Assembly (NCBI RefSeq): GCF_009914755.1
Contig: NC_060926.1
Source of the DNA: the human T2T-CHM13v2.0 reference genome, Homo sapiens
Length of the DNA: 64,000 nt
Reading direction: 5' to 3' (one strand)
Below are positions 26,831 through 43,921 of the stretch, in pieces. The stretch's first letter is position 1; every line of letters starts with the position of its first letter. The position numbers and the translations under genes were made by a program. The notes under the pieces were generated by a model that saw only the letters and a list, made by a program, of their open reading frames with translations, was not told where the DNA came from and searched no databases.

Positions 26831-27955
26831 GGCTCATACTACCTAAAGAAATATACAGATTCAATATAATTCTTATCAAAATGCTAATGGCACTCTTCCA
26901 AGATATAGGAAAAACAATAATAAAATTTACATGGGCACTCCATTCCAAGATGGCAGAATAGGAACAGCTCCATTCTGCAGCTCCCAGTGTGATCAATGCA
27001 GAAGATGGGTGATTTCTGCATTTCCAACTGAGGTATGTGGTTCATCTCATTGGGACTGGTTAGACAGTGGGTGCAGCCCACAGAGGGTGGGCCAAAGCAG
27101 GGCAGGGCGTTACCTCTCCCAGGAAGCACGAGGGGTCAGGGGATTTCCATTTCCTAACCGAGGGAAGCCATGACAGACTGTACCTGGAAAAACGGGACAC
27201 TTCCACCCAAATACTGCACTTTTCCCAAGGTCTTAGCAACCAGCAGACAAGGAGATTCTCTCCTGTGCCTGGCTTGGTGGGTCCTATGCCCATGGAGCCT
27301 TGCTTACTGCTAGGACGGCAGTCTGAGATCGAACTGCGAGGCGGCAGACTGGCTGGGGGAGGGGCATCCACCATTGCTGAGGCTCAAGTAGGTAAACAAA
27401 GCAGCCAGGAAGCTCGAACTGGGCAGAGCCCACTGCAGCTCAGTAAGGCCTGTTGCTTCTATAGACTCCACCTCTGTGGTCAGGGCATAGTTGAAAAAAA
27501 GGCAGCAGACAACTTCTGCAGACTTAAACGTCCCTGTCTGATAGCTCTGAAGAGAGCAGTGGTTCTCCCAGCATGGCATTTGAGCTTTGAGAACGGACAG
27601 AATGCCTCCTCACATGGGTCCCTGACCCCCATGTAGCCTAACTGGGAGACACCTCCCAGTAAGGGCCAACAGACACATCATATAGGTGGGTGCCTCTCTG
27701 AGACGAAGCTTCCAGAGGAAGGATCAGGCAGCAATATTTGCTGTTCTGCAGCCTCCACTGTTGATACCCAGTCAAATGGTCAGAAGTGGACCTCCAGCAA
27801 ACTCCAACAGACCTGCAGCTGAAGAACTTGACTGTTAGAAGGAAAACTAACAAACAGAAAGGAATAGCATCAATATCAACAAAAAGGTCATCTACACCAA
27901 AACCCCATTTGTAGGTCACCAACATCAAAGACCAAAGGTAGATAAAACCACAAAG

Positions 27956-28970
27956 ATGGGGAGAAACCAGAGCAGAAAAGCTGAAAATTCTAAAAACCAG
28001 AGCACCTCTTCTCCTCTAAAGGATCACAGCTCCTTGCCAGCAATGGAACAAAGCTGGATGGAGAATGACTTTGACGAGTTGGCATAAGTAGGCTTCAGAA
28101 GGTCAGTAATAACAAACTTCTCCGAGCTAAAGGAGCATGTTCTAACCCATCACAAGGAAGCTAAAAACCTTGAAAAAAGGTTAGACGAATGGCTATCTAG
28201 AATAAATAGTGTGGAGAGGACCTTAAATGACCTGATGGAGCTGAAAACCATGGCACAAGAACTTTGTGATGCATGCCCAAGCTTCAGTAGCTGATTCGAT
28301 CAAGTGGAAGAAAGGGTATCAGTGATTGAATATCAAATTAATGAAATAAAGCAAGAAGACAAGGTTAGAGAAAAAAGAGTGAAAAGAAATGAACAAAGCC
28401 TCCAAGAAGTATGGGACTATGTGAAAAGACCAAATCTACATTTGATAGGTTTACCTAAAAGTGATGGGGTAATTGAACCAAGTTGGAAAACACTCTTCAG
28501 GATATTATCCAGAACTTCCCCAACCTAGCAAGACAGGCCAACATCGAGATTCAGGAAATACAGAAAATGCCACAAAGATACTCCTCAACAAGAGCAACCC
28601 CAAGGCAAATAATTGTCAGATTCACCAAAGTTGAAATGAAGGAAAAAATATTAAGGGCAGCCCAAGAGAAAGGTCGGGTTACCCACAAAGGGAAGCCCAT
28701 CAGGCTAACAGTGGATCTCTCAGCAGAAAGCCTATAAGCCAGAAGACAGTGAAGGCCAATATTCAAGATTCTTAAAGAATTTTCAACCCAGAATTTCATA
28801 TCCAGCCAAACTAAGCTTCATAAGAAAGAGAAATAAAATCCTTTACAGACAAGCAAATGCTGGGAGATTTTGTCAACACCAGGCCTGCCTTACATGAGCT
28901 CCTGAAGGAAGCACTAAACATGGAAAGAAACAACTGGTACCAGCCACTGCGAAAACATGCCAAATTGTAA
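27956..28970 (+). pseudogene. Disrupted L1 ORF1p
   Basis: Starts ATG GGG AGA AAC CAG; fragments such as EQSLQEVWDYVKRPNL and RATPRQIIVRFTKVEMKEK lie in different frames with stops. Confidence 0.9.
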
Positions 28971-29033
28971 AGACCATTGATGCTATGAAGAAACTGCGTC
29001 AGTTAACAGGCAAAATCACCAGCTAACATCATA

Positions 29034-32855
<3,822 letters not shown>

Positions 32856-33773
32856 ATAACAAGAACACTTGGACACGGCAGGGAACATCACACGCTGGGG
32901 CCTGTCCAGGGGTGAGGGGCTGGGGGAGGGATAGCATTAGGAGAAATACCTAATGTAAATGATGAGTTGATGGGTGCAGCAAAGCAACATGGCACATGTA
33001 TACCTATGTACCAAACCTGCACGTTGTGCACATGTACCCTAGAATTTAAACTAAAATAAAAAAATTTAAAAAATAAATAAAATTCACATGGAACCACAAA
33101 AGAATTTGATAACCAGAGCAACCTGGGGGGAAAACAACAAAGTTGAAAACATCATGCTTCCTGATTTAAAATTATATTACAAAGCTATAGTAATCAAAAT
33201 AGTATGGTATTGGCTTAAAAACAGATACATTGACCTCTGGAACAGAAAAGAGAGCCCCAAAATAAATCCAAACATATATGATCAACTAATTTTCAACAAA
33301 GGCACCAAAAAGGCACAATGAGAAAAGGATAGTTTGTTCAATGAAAGATGCTAAGAAAACCAGATTTCCACATGTAAAAGAATGAAATTGGACCCTTATC
33401 TTACACCATACACAAAAGTGAGCTAAAAATAGATAAAAGACCTAAATGTAAGACCTGAAACTATAAAACTCCTAGAAGAAAACGTAGAGCAAAAGCTCCT
33501 TGACATTGTTCTTGGCAATGGATTTCTTAGATATAACACCAAAAATTCAGGCTAAAAAATCAAAAATAAATAAATGGAAAATTTCAAACTAAAAAGCTTG
33601 TCATGTAAATTTTTAAAAATAAGCTTCTGCACAGCAAAGAAAACAATCAACAAAAGAAAAAGGTAACCTACAGAATGGGAAAAAATATTTGCAAACCATG
33701 TATCAGATAAGGGCTTAATATCCAGGATGTATAAAGAACTCATACAACTCAATAGGAAGAAAACATATAACCT

Positions 33774-34035
33774 TTACTTGAGGCCAGGAATTCGAGACAA
33801 GCATGAGCAACATAGTGAGACTCCATCTCCACAAAAAATAAAATTAAAAAAATTAGCCAGGCATGTTAATGTGTGCCTGTAGTCCTAGCTACTCGAGAGG
33901 CTGATGTGGGAGGATCACTTAAGCCCAGGAGTTAGAGGTTACAGTGAGCTATGATCACGCCATTGCACTCCACAATAGACAACAGAGTGGGACCTTGTCT
34001 CATAAAAAAATTAAATAAATAAAAATGTTTTTAAA
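33774..34035 (+). mobile_element. 5'-truncated AluJ-like element inside the host L1
   Basis: Alu body from the mid left arm; TSD aagaaaacatata(a/g)cct. Confidence 0.88.
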
Positions 34036-34631
34036 AAGAAAACATATAGCCTGATTTTAAAATGAGCAAAGGATCTGAGTAGATACTTCTCCAAAGATGA
34101 CATAAAAATGACCAACAAGTACATAAAAAGGTGATCAGCATCACTAATCATTAGGGAAATGCAAATCAAAACCACTATGCGCCACCACCTCACACCTGTT
34201 AGGATAGTTATTAAAAAGACGAGACAAATGTTGGCAAGGGTGTGGAGAAAATGAAACCTTTGTACACTGTTGTTGGGAGTGTACATTGGTGCAGCCATAT
34301 ACACCGGAAAATAGTACAGAGATTCTTAAAATAATTAAAAATAGAACTACCATATGACCCAGCAGTCCCTCTTCTGGGCATATATCTACAGGAAACGAAA
34401 TCACCCTGTTGTAAAGTTATCTGCACTCACATGTTCATTGCAGCATTATTCACAATAGCCAAAAAGTGGAAACCACCCAGGTATCTGTCAGTGGACAAAT
34501 GGATAAAGAAACTGTGGTATACACATACACAATGGAGTATTATTCAGCCTTCAAAAAGGAAGCGATCCTGCCAATTGCCATAGCATGGATGGGCCTGAAG
34601 GACATTATGCTAAGTGAAATAAGCCAGACTT

Positions 34632-34920
34632 GGCCAGGTGCAGTGGCTCACACTTGTAATACCAGCACTTTGGGAGGCTGCAGTGAGCAGATTGCTTGAG
34701 GCCAAGAGTTTGAGAGCAGTCTGGTCAACATGGCAAATCCCGTCTCTACTAAAATTACGAAAATTAGTCAGGCGTGGTGGTGCCTGCCTGTAATCCCAGC
34801 TACTTAAGAGGCTGATGCACGAGAATTGCTTGAACACAGGAGGCGGAAGTTGTAATGAGTGGCTTGTGCCGCTGCACTCCATCCTGGGTGACAAAGTGAG
34901 ACTCTGTCTCAAAAAAAAAA
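34632..34920 (+). mobile_element. Alu inside the host L1
   Basis: Alu dimer with A tail; TSD aagccag(a/t)c. Confidence 0.92.
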
Positions 34921-36506
34921 GAAGCCAGTCCCAGAAAATAGTATTGCATGATCTCACTTATATATGGAAACTTTTTGTTTCTTTTAAGTCAAGTATATAT
35001 AGAGAGAGAATAAAACAGTGACTACCAGGATGGCAGTGGAGGGGAGATGTAGGTCAAAGGACACAAAGTAGCAAATGTGTAGGATGAACAAGTAGAAAGA
35101 TCTAATCTACATTGTGAAGATTATAGTTAATAATAGTGTGTTATATTCAGGACTTTTGCTAAATTAGTAGATTATAGCTGTTCTTGCCACAGCGCGGTGG
35201 GGGGGCGGGAAATGGATAAGACGATGGATATGTTAATTTGTTCCACCACAGTAACCGTTTTATTACATATATGTATCTTATGACATCATGTTGTATACAT
35301 TAAATATATACACAATAAATTTTTTAAAGCTAACCATTTTACTACTTATATGTATCTTATAACATCATACTATATACCTTAAATACATACACAATAAAAA
35401 AAATTTTTAAGCCTCCATTGAAACTACATATTTTCAACAGACACACAAATTCTCTATGCTAGGCAAAGAAACAAAAGAACTTTTCTATGACTATTGCATG
35501 AACTTTTTTGGAAGCGTTATTTTAAAATGGATGAAGAGCTTGCTTTTAGAGCTACCAGCAGGATTAATGTAATCCAGCTATCAAGTTATTACCTTTAAAT
35601 TGATGATGACAGAATGTAGCACATAAATCAATAGATCGTGAATCCCTTGTGATCCTGCCATTTTCCCCCTGTAATTCAGCCACTCTATTTTATGCTAAAA
35701 ATTTCCACTTTTATAAATACCTTTCTCAAATAAGGAAATACCTATTTTAGAATACTTTGCATATTATAGAAACTCTGTTATTATAAAAATAGATGTTGGA
35801 AAGTCACCCTTTCTGTAGTTCACGATTGAAGACTGCCTCAGATTTTACCAATGCTAATTTGTTAGGTATGTAGGAAATGGGGAGGGGGTGTTGTTTTTAT
35901 TGTTGCTTTTAAATCAAAGCACTTTAACAACAAGATATTCCTGTCTGAGAAAGCAACGCAAGTGCTGTTCTTAAAGGCATATCATTTCCTACCTCCAAGA
36001 GAACCAGTCAAAACTTCTTGATCAGCCACCTGTTTTATGTTGGCAGAATGCATAAAATGCTCTTTTTGGGTGCATGCTTTTGGAGAATATTTTTGGATAG
36101 TTCTAAATTATTTATGTGAGACTTTATGCTACACAGAACTGCTCAAATATGATAATCAAATATGGCAAGTAAACTTGTTCCCTATTCTTTCTAGGGATTA
36201 TAAGTTAATTTCTAAATATTGATACTTTGCATTGATCTTGATATTTTACATGCTACTTCCAGATTTTTGTTGGCCTGTCTGGTATAAAAAACAAATTTTT
36301 CACTCTGATCAATTGCCATTGTAATATTTGTGTGGAGTATAGATATCCTGATAAAGATTCCTTTTGAAGGCTGATTTTTAATTAGACCATTACATAGCCT
36401 TTCCAAAAAATGCCTATTTGTGAGTGAAAGTCTGGAGAAATTTATAATGTTGTGTATTCTTTCTGCACATATCTGACAGTTTTTTCTCACTTTTCTCCCC
36501 ACCCAG

Positions 36507-36640
36507 TGCATTCTCTTTTGAAGTCTGCATTTAATAGCATAGCTATAGAGAAGGAGAAGCTGAAGCAGATGGTTTCCGAGCAGGATCACAGTAAAGGCCA
36601 CAGCACGCAGATGGCACGGCTCCGACAGTCACTGTCTCAG
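36507..36640 (+). CDS. OSBPL6: OSBPL6 exon, coiled-coil-like (VHSLLKSAFNSIAIEKEKLKQMVSEQ...RLRQSLSQ)
   Basis: ccccacccag acceptor, CAG|GTAGGC donor; 134 nt, phase 1-0. Confidence 0.94.
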
Positions 36641-38139
36641 GTAGGCAAAGAGTGTGTGTTTGCATGTACATGACACACTCCCAACCCTGTAAGATGAAAG
36701 ATCAAAAGATGGGGGGCTGGCAGGGAGGTGGCTAGTCATGGGGATAGTACAGTTTGCAGAATTTCCCCCAAAAGACTGCAGTGTCAGTATTAGATTTTAC
36801 TACTTTTCTTCCCCAAAATTTCAAGGTAAGAGTGAAAATAAACCAAACTTGCTTGTAAGCGTATAATGGTAATTTTGGCCAATTGAACACTTAATGCTTC
36901 TCTAAGGTCATTTATAAGGTAGCCCCTCATTTTAAAAAAAGAATTATGCATTTATTTGACCTATACATCTGAAATGTGTTCCAGGATATATTCAGTCCAA
37001 TAGTGAATATTTTTTAAAAATGTACTAGATCTTCCACACTTAATATTTTTCCCACTTACATCTTAATCTGTTTAAAATTACTGATTACTATCACTCATTT
37101 TTTTCTTTTCTGATTTGCACTCTTGAGGTTTTCTTCCTAAGTTATGCTCCCTGAACTAGACTTTTATATTTCAATATATATTATAGAGTTGATCTTATTA
37201 ATACTAATCAAATCCCTATGTATCTATATCAAAGTTGAAATTTCTGATAAAAATCCTTTAGAGCTGTGCTTATGCTTTTTTCAACTGAGTAGTTCCTTAG
37301 AAGTAAGTATTTTCTTTAGTCTATAAATGCACTGACTTAACTCCTTTAAGAATTCAATGTCGTTATGTGATTTTGTGAGAACTCGGTGTCTATATAAAAT
37401 ATTATTCACTTCCTGGTGCCTTGGATCAGAGTGAAGGAGCAAGCAAATCCTGGGTAAGTGGTTCTCCGCGTGGAGCAGATCCTGCTTGAACAGTTTCCCT
37501 CGGTCCCTAAAAAGTAGACTTACACCGTGTCACCGTGTTTTACGTCCCTGAACTGTCGGCGTATTTTCAGTGTTAAGTTTCATGTCATGGATGTTGTTAT
37601 ATGGGCCACACTTTCTGCATTATCCATAAAACACTGTCAGCTGAGGGGCATATGCTGCTTCCAGTATAAAGCCAGGGGTCTCAGGAGCATGAGCGTGAAA
37701 ATCCGCTACGATTCTGCCAGTCTTCAGAGGGCTTTATTTAGAAGAACATTTTAATGGCTTTCCCTGGACCCTTCTCATGTCATGGATCGGTCGAACACTC
37801 AGTTGACGTTAATTGGTCTTCCAAATCATTATTCTGAAAGTATCGTGAATCAGAAAGATCAAAATAGTGGTCAAGTAAACATTCAAATGTCATCTTGTAA
37901 ACATATAAAATACATTCTTGTCCCCCTAAGTGTTGCAATGATTCCTTCAGATGTATTTAATGATGGAGGCTTAGAGTTAGAAGTCAAGCTTTACTAAGAA
38001 AAACAAGAAAATGCATTTGTTTCTTGCTTGCCTGCTTGCTTGCTTTTATTTGCTTGTAGGTGAAACAGAGAATGGTAAATAAAGATCTCGGGTCGGGCTT
38101 CAGGTGAGATTAGAAATAATTATGAAGAGAAATTTTACA

Positions 38140-39720
38140 ACAGTTATTCATTTGTTCATTCCCTTATTCATTGTATTCCATTCGGGTGACTATATGCTAG
38201 GTATTGTGCAAGGTACAGAACACCAAGGTTAAAGTAGCCCTGGCCATGTTCCCAGCAAGCTCGTGATCTGATTCATGAGATGAGCAGGAAACAGTGAAAT
38301 GGAGCACACCGTAGTACATTCAGAGCAGTACATGGTGGTGCACATTTCCCGGGCTCTGGTTGCTCAGAGGAATGGCAGATCCCTGAGTTGAGAGCAGAGC
38401 CACAGATCAGGCTTCTTGGAGGAATCAGACCTTGAACCTGGCCTGAGTAGACAGCAGCCGCTCACAAGGAAGGGTCCGATGCTAACATGATAAAAGTAAA
38501 ATAAAGCAAAATTTGATCAACTGTGCTTCCTTGGGGTTAACATATTTCCCTCTCTTGTCAACACATATTTATTTGCATCTAAAGTTAGAGCCTCAATAGA
38601 TTTTTGTTGGATTTTTTATTTTTATTTTTACAAAAAAATCTCAATTTTAGCCTTAAAAGATGTGAAAATAATTTGGAACTATTAAGTTTCAAATAGACTG
38701 TTACAGCCTATCCAGTAGATAATTCAGTGCTTGCAGCTGTGTGTCATCCCAGCATTTTGGTGATGTTCACATCCCCGTGTGTGTCCATGCCTTCCCCTCG
38801 GCGTAGTCGCACCCCCACTGGCCATCTATTCCCGTCACCTCTAAGTGTGGACTCCCTTTTGGAAACCACAGCAGCCTTTGCTTAAGGTATTTAAGTTTAC
38901 TGACAGTTCTTTCCTTTCTAACAAATTGTTATTCATGGTTAGGCCGTTGGAGAGGTGTCTGGAGAATGGCAGGTAGTTCATAGTGGAAGAAGTAGGAGAT
39001 GAAGAAGGAAGAATTACTCTTAAGAGTAGCTGATTAAGTAGGCAAGAACCAGCTCATCAGGGACTCCACAGAGGGTTTTGGATTTATCCTATCAGTTAAC
39101 AATTTTAACTGGTAAATGATAATGCCAGAAATTAGAACTATTACAGCATATTTCTGCATATTAGAAAGATTACTCTGGTACAGTATGGAGGGTAGGTGGA
39201 ATTGGGAGGCAAGGCTAGTTGGACAGATTCTTATGGTATTTGAGATAATTTGAGAATAGCTTGTACATTTGAGATATTTCTAAACTGAGGAAGTGCCATG
39301 CCAGCATTGGTGGAAGGAGGGAATACATTTCAAAGACACCCAGGAGGGAGAATCAGCATGGCTTGGAGATCAGCGGAATGTTAGAGAGGGACAAGGACAC
39401 AGAGTCGAGACAGTCCAGGGTTTTTGCTTGGATAACTGGGTATGTGAAAGTTATTGTCCCCAAGGTGGGACTACAAGAGGAGCTGGTTTGCTTTAGGTAT
39501 TTGATGATGGATTTCTGTGGAGATTGAGGTGTCTGTGGGGCATTTTACAGGCAATTAGATATTTATGTCTAGAGCTCAGAAGACAGGTCTAGGCTAGAGA
39601 GGAAGATGGATGCCCCTGCATATCAGGGCAGTTATAGATGTTGACGAGTTGCAATGCAGTCAGAATAAAATGGTCAGTGGTGCTCCTGCTGCTGTAGAGA
39701 ACATTAACATTTAAACGACA
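38140..39720 (-). mobile_element. L2 remnants (patchy: ~38140-38460 and ~38960-39720)
   Basis: (ttca)n-like end, agattactctgg..tatggag, tctagagctcagaagacaggtctaggctagaga; highly diverged. Confidence 0.5.
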
Positions 39721-39724
39721 GGCT

Positions 39725-40019
<295 letters not shown>

Positions 40020-40300
40020 AACTTATTTAAGTAGTCTAAAACTTTTAAAGCCTATGTTTTATTTGACATAAGTCCTATTTGATGTATGTCTAATGATTAA
40101 AGTGCTGCATTTCAACAAGGCTTTAAATATATCAGACTCAGCAAATTTTATCGTCTTTTCGAAGGCACATAGCAGATAAAATACTTGAAATTAGCATTTT
40201 TACAACATGCTTAGCATAAATTGTTACCTGCCTTGAGCAAAAAAAAATTTGCAAGGCTGGACAGTCTAATGAATTGCTCTTCTAAAGTAATGTTACTTCA

Positions 40301-40574
<274 letters not shown>

Positions 40575-40710
40575 TTAACCCCCATGAAACTTAAACTTTC
40601 ACACTTGAGAGGGAGCCTGGATGTTGGACCCAAGCCTATAGACAGGACATTTTATGTGGCATCTATCCCTTATAAATGACTTTATTTGACATCAGCTATA
40701 ATTTCATATC

Positions 40711-41015
40711 TTTTTTTGTTTGTTTGTTTTTTGGAGGCAGAGTCTTCCTCTGTTGCCCTGTTTGGAGTGAGGTGACACAGTCTCAGCTCACTGCAACCTC
40801 CGCCTCCTGGGTTCAAGTGATTCTCCTGCCACAGCTTCCCAACTAGCTGGTATTACAGGCATGAACCACCACGTCCGGCTAATTTTTTGTGTTTTTAATA
40901 GAGATGGGATTTCACCATGTTGCCCAGGCTGGTCTCGAACTCCTGGCCTCAAGTAATCCTCCCACCTCGGACTCCCGAAGTGCTGGGATTATAGGCATGA
41001 ACCACTGCACCCAGC
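40711..41015 (-). mobile_element. Alu
   Basis: Reverse Alu dimer with (tttg)n tail. Confidence 0.93.
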
Positions 41016-41277
41016 TTATGTCTTGTTTAATGCAGTACCCTGAACACCAAAATGAAATAGTCTGTAATAAAACTAAGGCAACCTCAGCACCCCAGATTAC
41101 CATAATAATAAAAATCCAACTCATCTTGAGCCTATCTTGAATACATTACATTTTATCACTGTTATTAGTTTGATTCCTGGCCCCAGAAATTGTGCACAGC
41201 TTGTGTTAAACGCAGTGAGAGTTGGGCTCATATAAATGTGAATAACGGAATATGACCCATCTATTCCAGCTAGAATC

Positions 41278-41440
41278 ACTGTATTTTATTAAATCAAGAT
41301 GCCATCAATTATTACATGCATCATCATTTTGTGCATTACTGAGAAAAGGAAAAAAAACACTGCTGTCAATTGAACTGACACGGTGCTTCAGAGGCGGTGA
41401 ATGTGGGGGGAAATGTGCATCTTAGAATCAGCGAAATGTA
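41278..41440. mobile_element. Tc2/MER104-Kanga-like DNA transposon remnant
   Basis: Ends ctgtattttattaaatcaagatgc and gcatcttagaatcagcgaaatgta are degenerate terminal inverted repeats. Confidence 0.5.
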
Positions 41441-43629
41441 AATAGAATTGAAGCAAAAAAATTGCTTAACATACTATATAGTAGCATAATGTAAAATCCA
41501 AGTCATATCTGTCATCCTCCCTGTCCACAACATTTCACATACCCAAATAATTATTCTGTGATGAAATAAAAGTTGCAAGTGTATTTGTTTATTCCTTAAT
41601 TTCATAGTTCCCTGAGACTTGGCCAAATTTGTTGTATGTGAAGATACTCTTTATAGAATCCTTCACATGTTCTTTAAACTTTAAATTGTTGTCATTTTGA
41701 ACATAATTTGGCAATATTTATTAAAAGCCTTAAAATGTTTTTACCCTTTTACCCTGTAGGTCCATGGCTGATATGTCTATTAATGCTGAAATTTAGAAAA
41801 CAATCATGCACATATTCATGGCAGTATTATTTATACTAGTAAAAATCAGTAACAGCATAAGTGTCCAATAGTAGGAAATACTTGCTAATGCAACTATTAA
41901 AATTATGTGTGTGAAGAGTTTGAAACAAAATAACTGCTTATGTGCAAAGAATAAGGGGCAGATACAGTATGTAAACTGTGCACCCATTAAACAATATTAA
42001 AAAATACAGAGGAAAAAAAAACTAGAAAGAAATGGGCCAAGCTACCAACAGTCGGGTAGTAAGATGCATTTTTTAAAAATTTGTCTATATTTTGCATTTT
42101 CCAAATATACTATAATGGTATTTTTGTAATTGAAAAAGCAAGTGATTTTTAAGAGAGACCCAGGATTTGGTTTTTGACAGCTCTAGCTTTGACAGTTTCT
42201 ATGCTCATTTTCTCATTCCTTTTGAACCAGTTTTATTTTTATCTAAAATGTTTAAATTTATGATGATTTCATCTTGCCATATGTTTCATATCCTTCTCCA
42301 GCCATTAGGCTTCTATGTTTTTCTCCCAGAACCCACATTTCCATTTAGTAAAATGTTTATGCCAGAGTCTCACCCAGCCTAAGATAAATCTTCACCTAGG
42401 AATTACCTGCCAGGGTTGATGAATGGTAGTTAGTAGCTAAGGAGGTGGCAATTTAGGTAATTGATTCTGGCTCAAATCTTTAAGACAGTAACTTCTTTTA
42501 CGCATTGGAAAGGAATTGTGTGTTTCTTGGATATATTAGCCTTGAAATGTGCATAAGGGACATGAGGTGTGGGGAAATGAGCATGCATTGTAGTTTTTAG
42601 TGCAGTCCGAGCTCAGTAAAGCAAGTGGTGAGAATATGCATAAAACCTGCTGCGTGAAGAATCTGTGCCCAGTTCCTGGCTTCAAGGTGCTTCCTCCCTG
42701 TTAGGCCTTTGGTCCTGTATGCCACTAATAGCGATGTTATTGCTGACAAGTCTCCATAGCTCTTCTTGCTCATTGGCTGGTTCCAGGGGCTGGTCCTCTG
42801 CCTCCTTTTCCCTTGCTTATGCCACTGCTCACTCCTCTTGGGTATATGCCCTACTTTATTTCTGCCATCTTCTAGGCCCTTTTCTGTTGTCATGAAGAGC
42901 ATCACTTCCCTGACAATACTTCTCCCAAAGTTTCAATGATATTATTATAGAAACATGGTATTATTAGATAAAAATAATTTTTAGGGCAGGAAATAATAAA
43001 TGTAGACCTAAGCACTACCTGAGAGCACTACACCAGAAAGCTCATGGCGCTTGGTTGTAGCAAACTTTAAAAACAGCCTGTACGATCAAGGCAAAAGGGG
43101 GAGGATGCGCAGAAAGGGGCTGTTGCATGCTCAGTTGCCGGCTTACACTTTTCACCACTGGGGTTGCCAGAGTGGGAACAGTCTTGATTTCCATGCTTCC
43201 TGTGCTATGTAACAGCAAACTCTTTTCTACCACTGCATAGATATTATTAATAAAATGATGTCTTTAAAACTTTTAGCTTTGAACTCAACATGCTTAACAT
43301 CTGGCTTGAAATCATAGCAGGAGAGATGAGTCTTCTACTTTTGTCTCAGTTCTAAAAGTGATTAAAATAAGAACTAGCAAAATGCATCATTATCTACTTA
43401 AAATGGAACCAAACTGTTTTCTTTTGGCACAATGTTAATATTTTGGCAGGAAAGTGTAATCCTTTACCAGTAGTGGTAAACTACAGGAGATCTTTGGCTT
43501 TGAGTATTTGCCATCATTAAAAAAAAAATAGTTTTGAAGTTTGAAAAAAATTTACATTAAAAAATTAAATGTAAAAAAATTAACAAATAAAAATACTTCT
43601 ATTTTTCTTCATCTTAATAAAAAAAATCC

Positions 43630-43921
43630 TTTTTTTTTTTTGAGACACAGTCTCTCAGTGTTGCCCAGGCTGAAGTGCAGTGACACAGTCTTGGCTCAGT
43701 GCAGCCTCCACCTCGAGTTAAAGTGATTCTCCTACCTCAGCCTCCTGAGTAGCTGGGACTATGGGCGTGTGCCACCTCACCCAGCTAATTTTTGTATTGT
43801 TAGTAGAGTTGGGGTTTCACTATGTTGGCCAGACTGGTCTCAAACTCCTGACCTCAAGTGATCCATCTGCCTTGGTCTCCCAAAGTGCTGAGGTTACAGA
43901 CATGAGCCACCACACCCAGCC
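43630..43921 (-). mobile_element. Alu
   Basis: Reverse Alu; TSD ttcatcttaataa. Confidence 0.94.

Noticed and set aside
27067-27636. 189-aa plus-strand ORF in the L1 5' UTR
   Set aside because: GTG start in a GC-rich UTR; no known product
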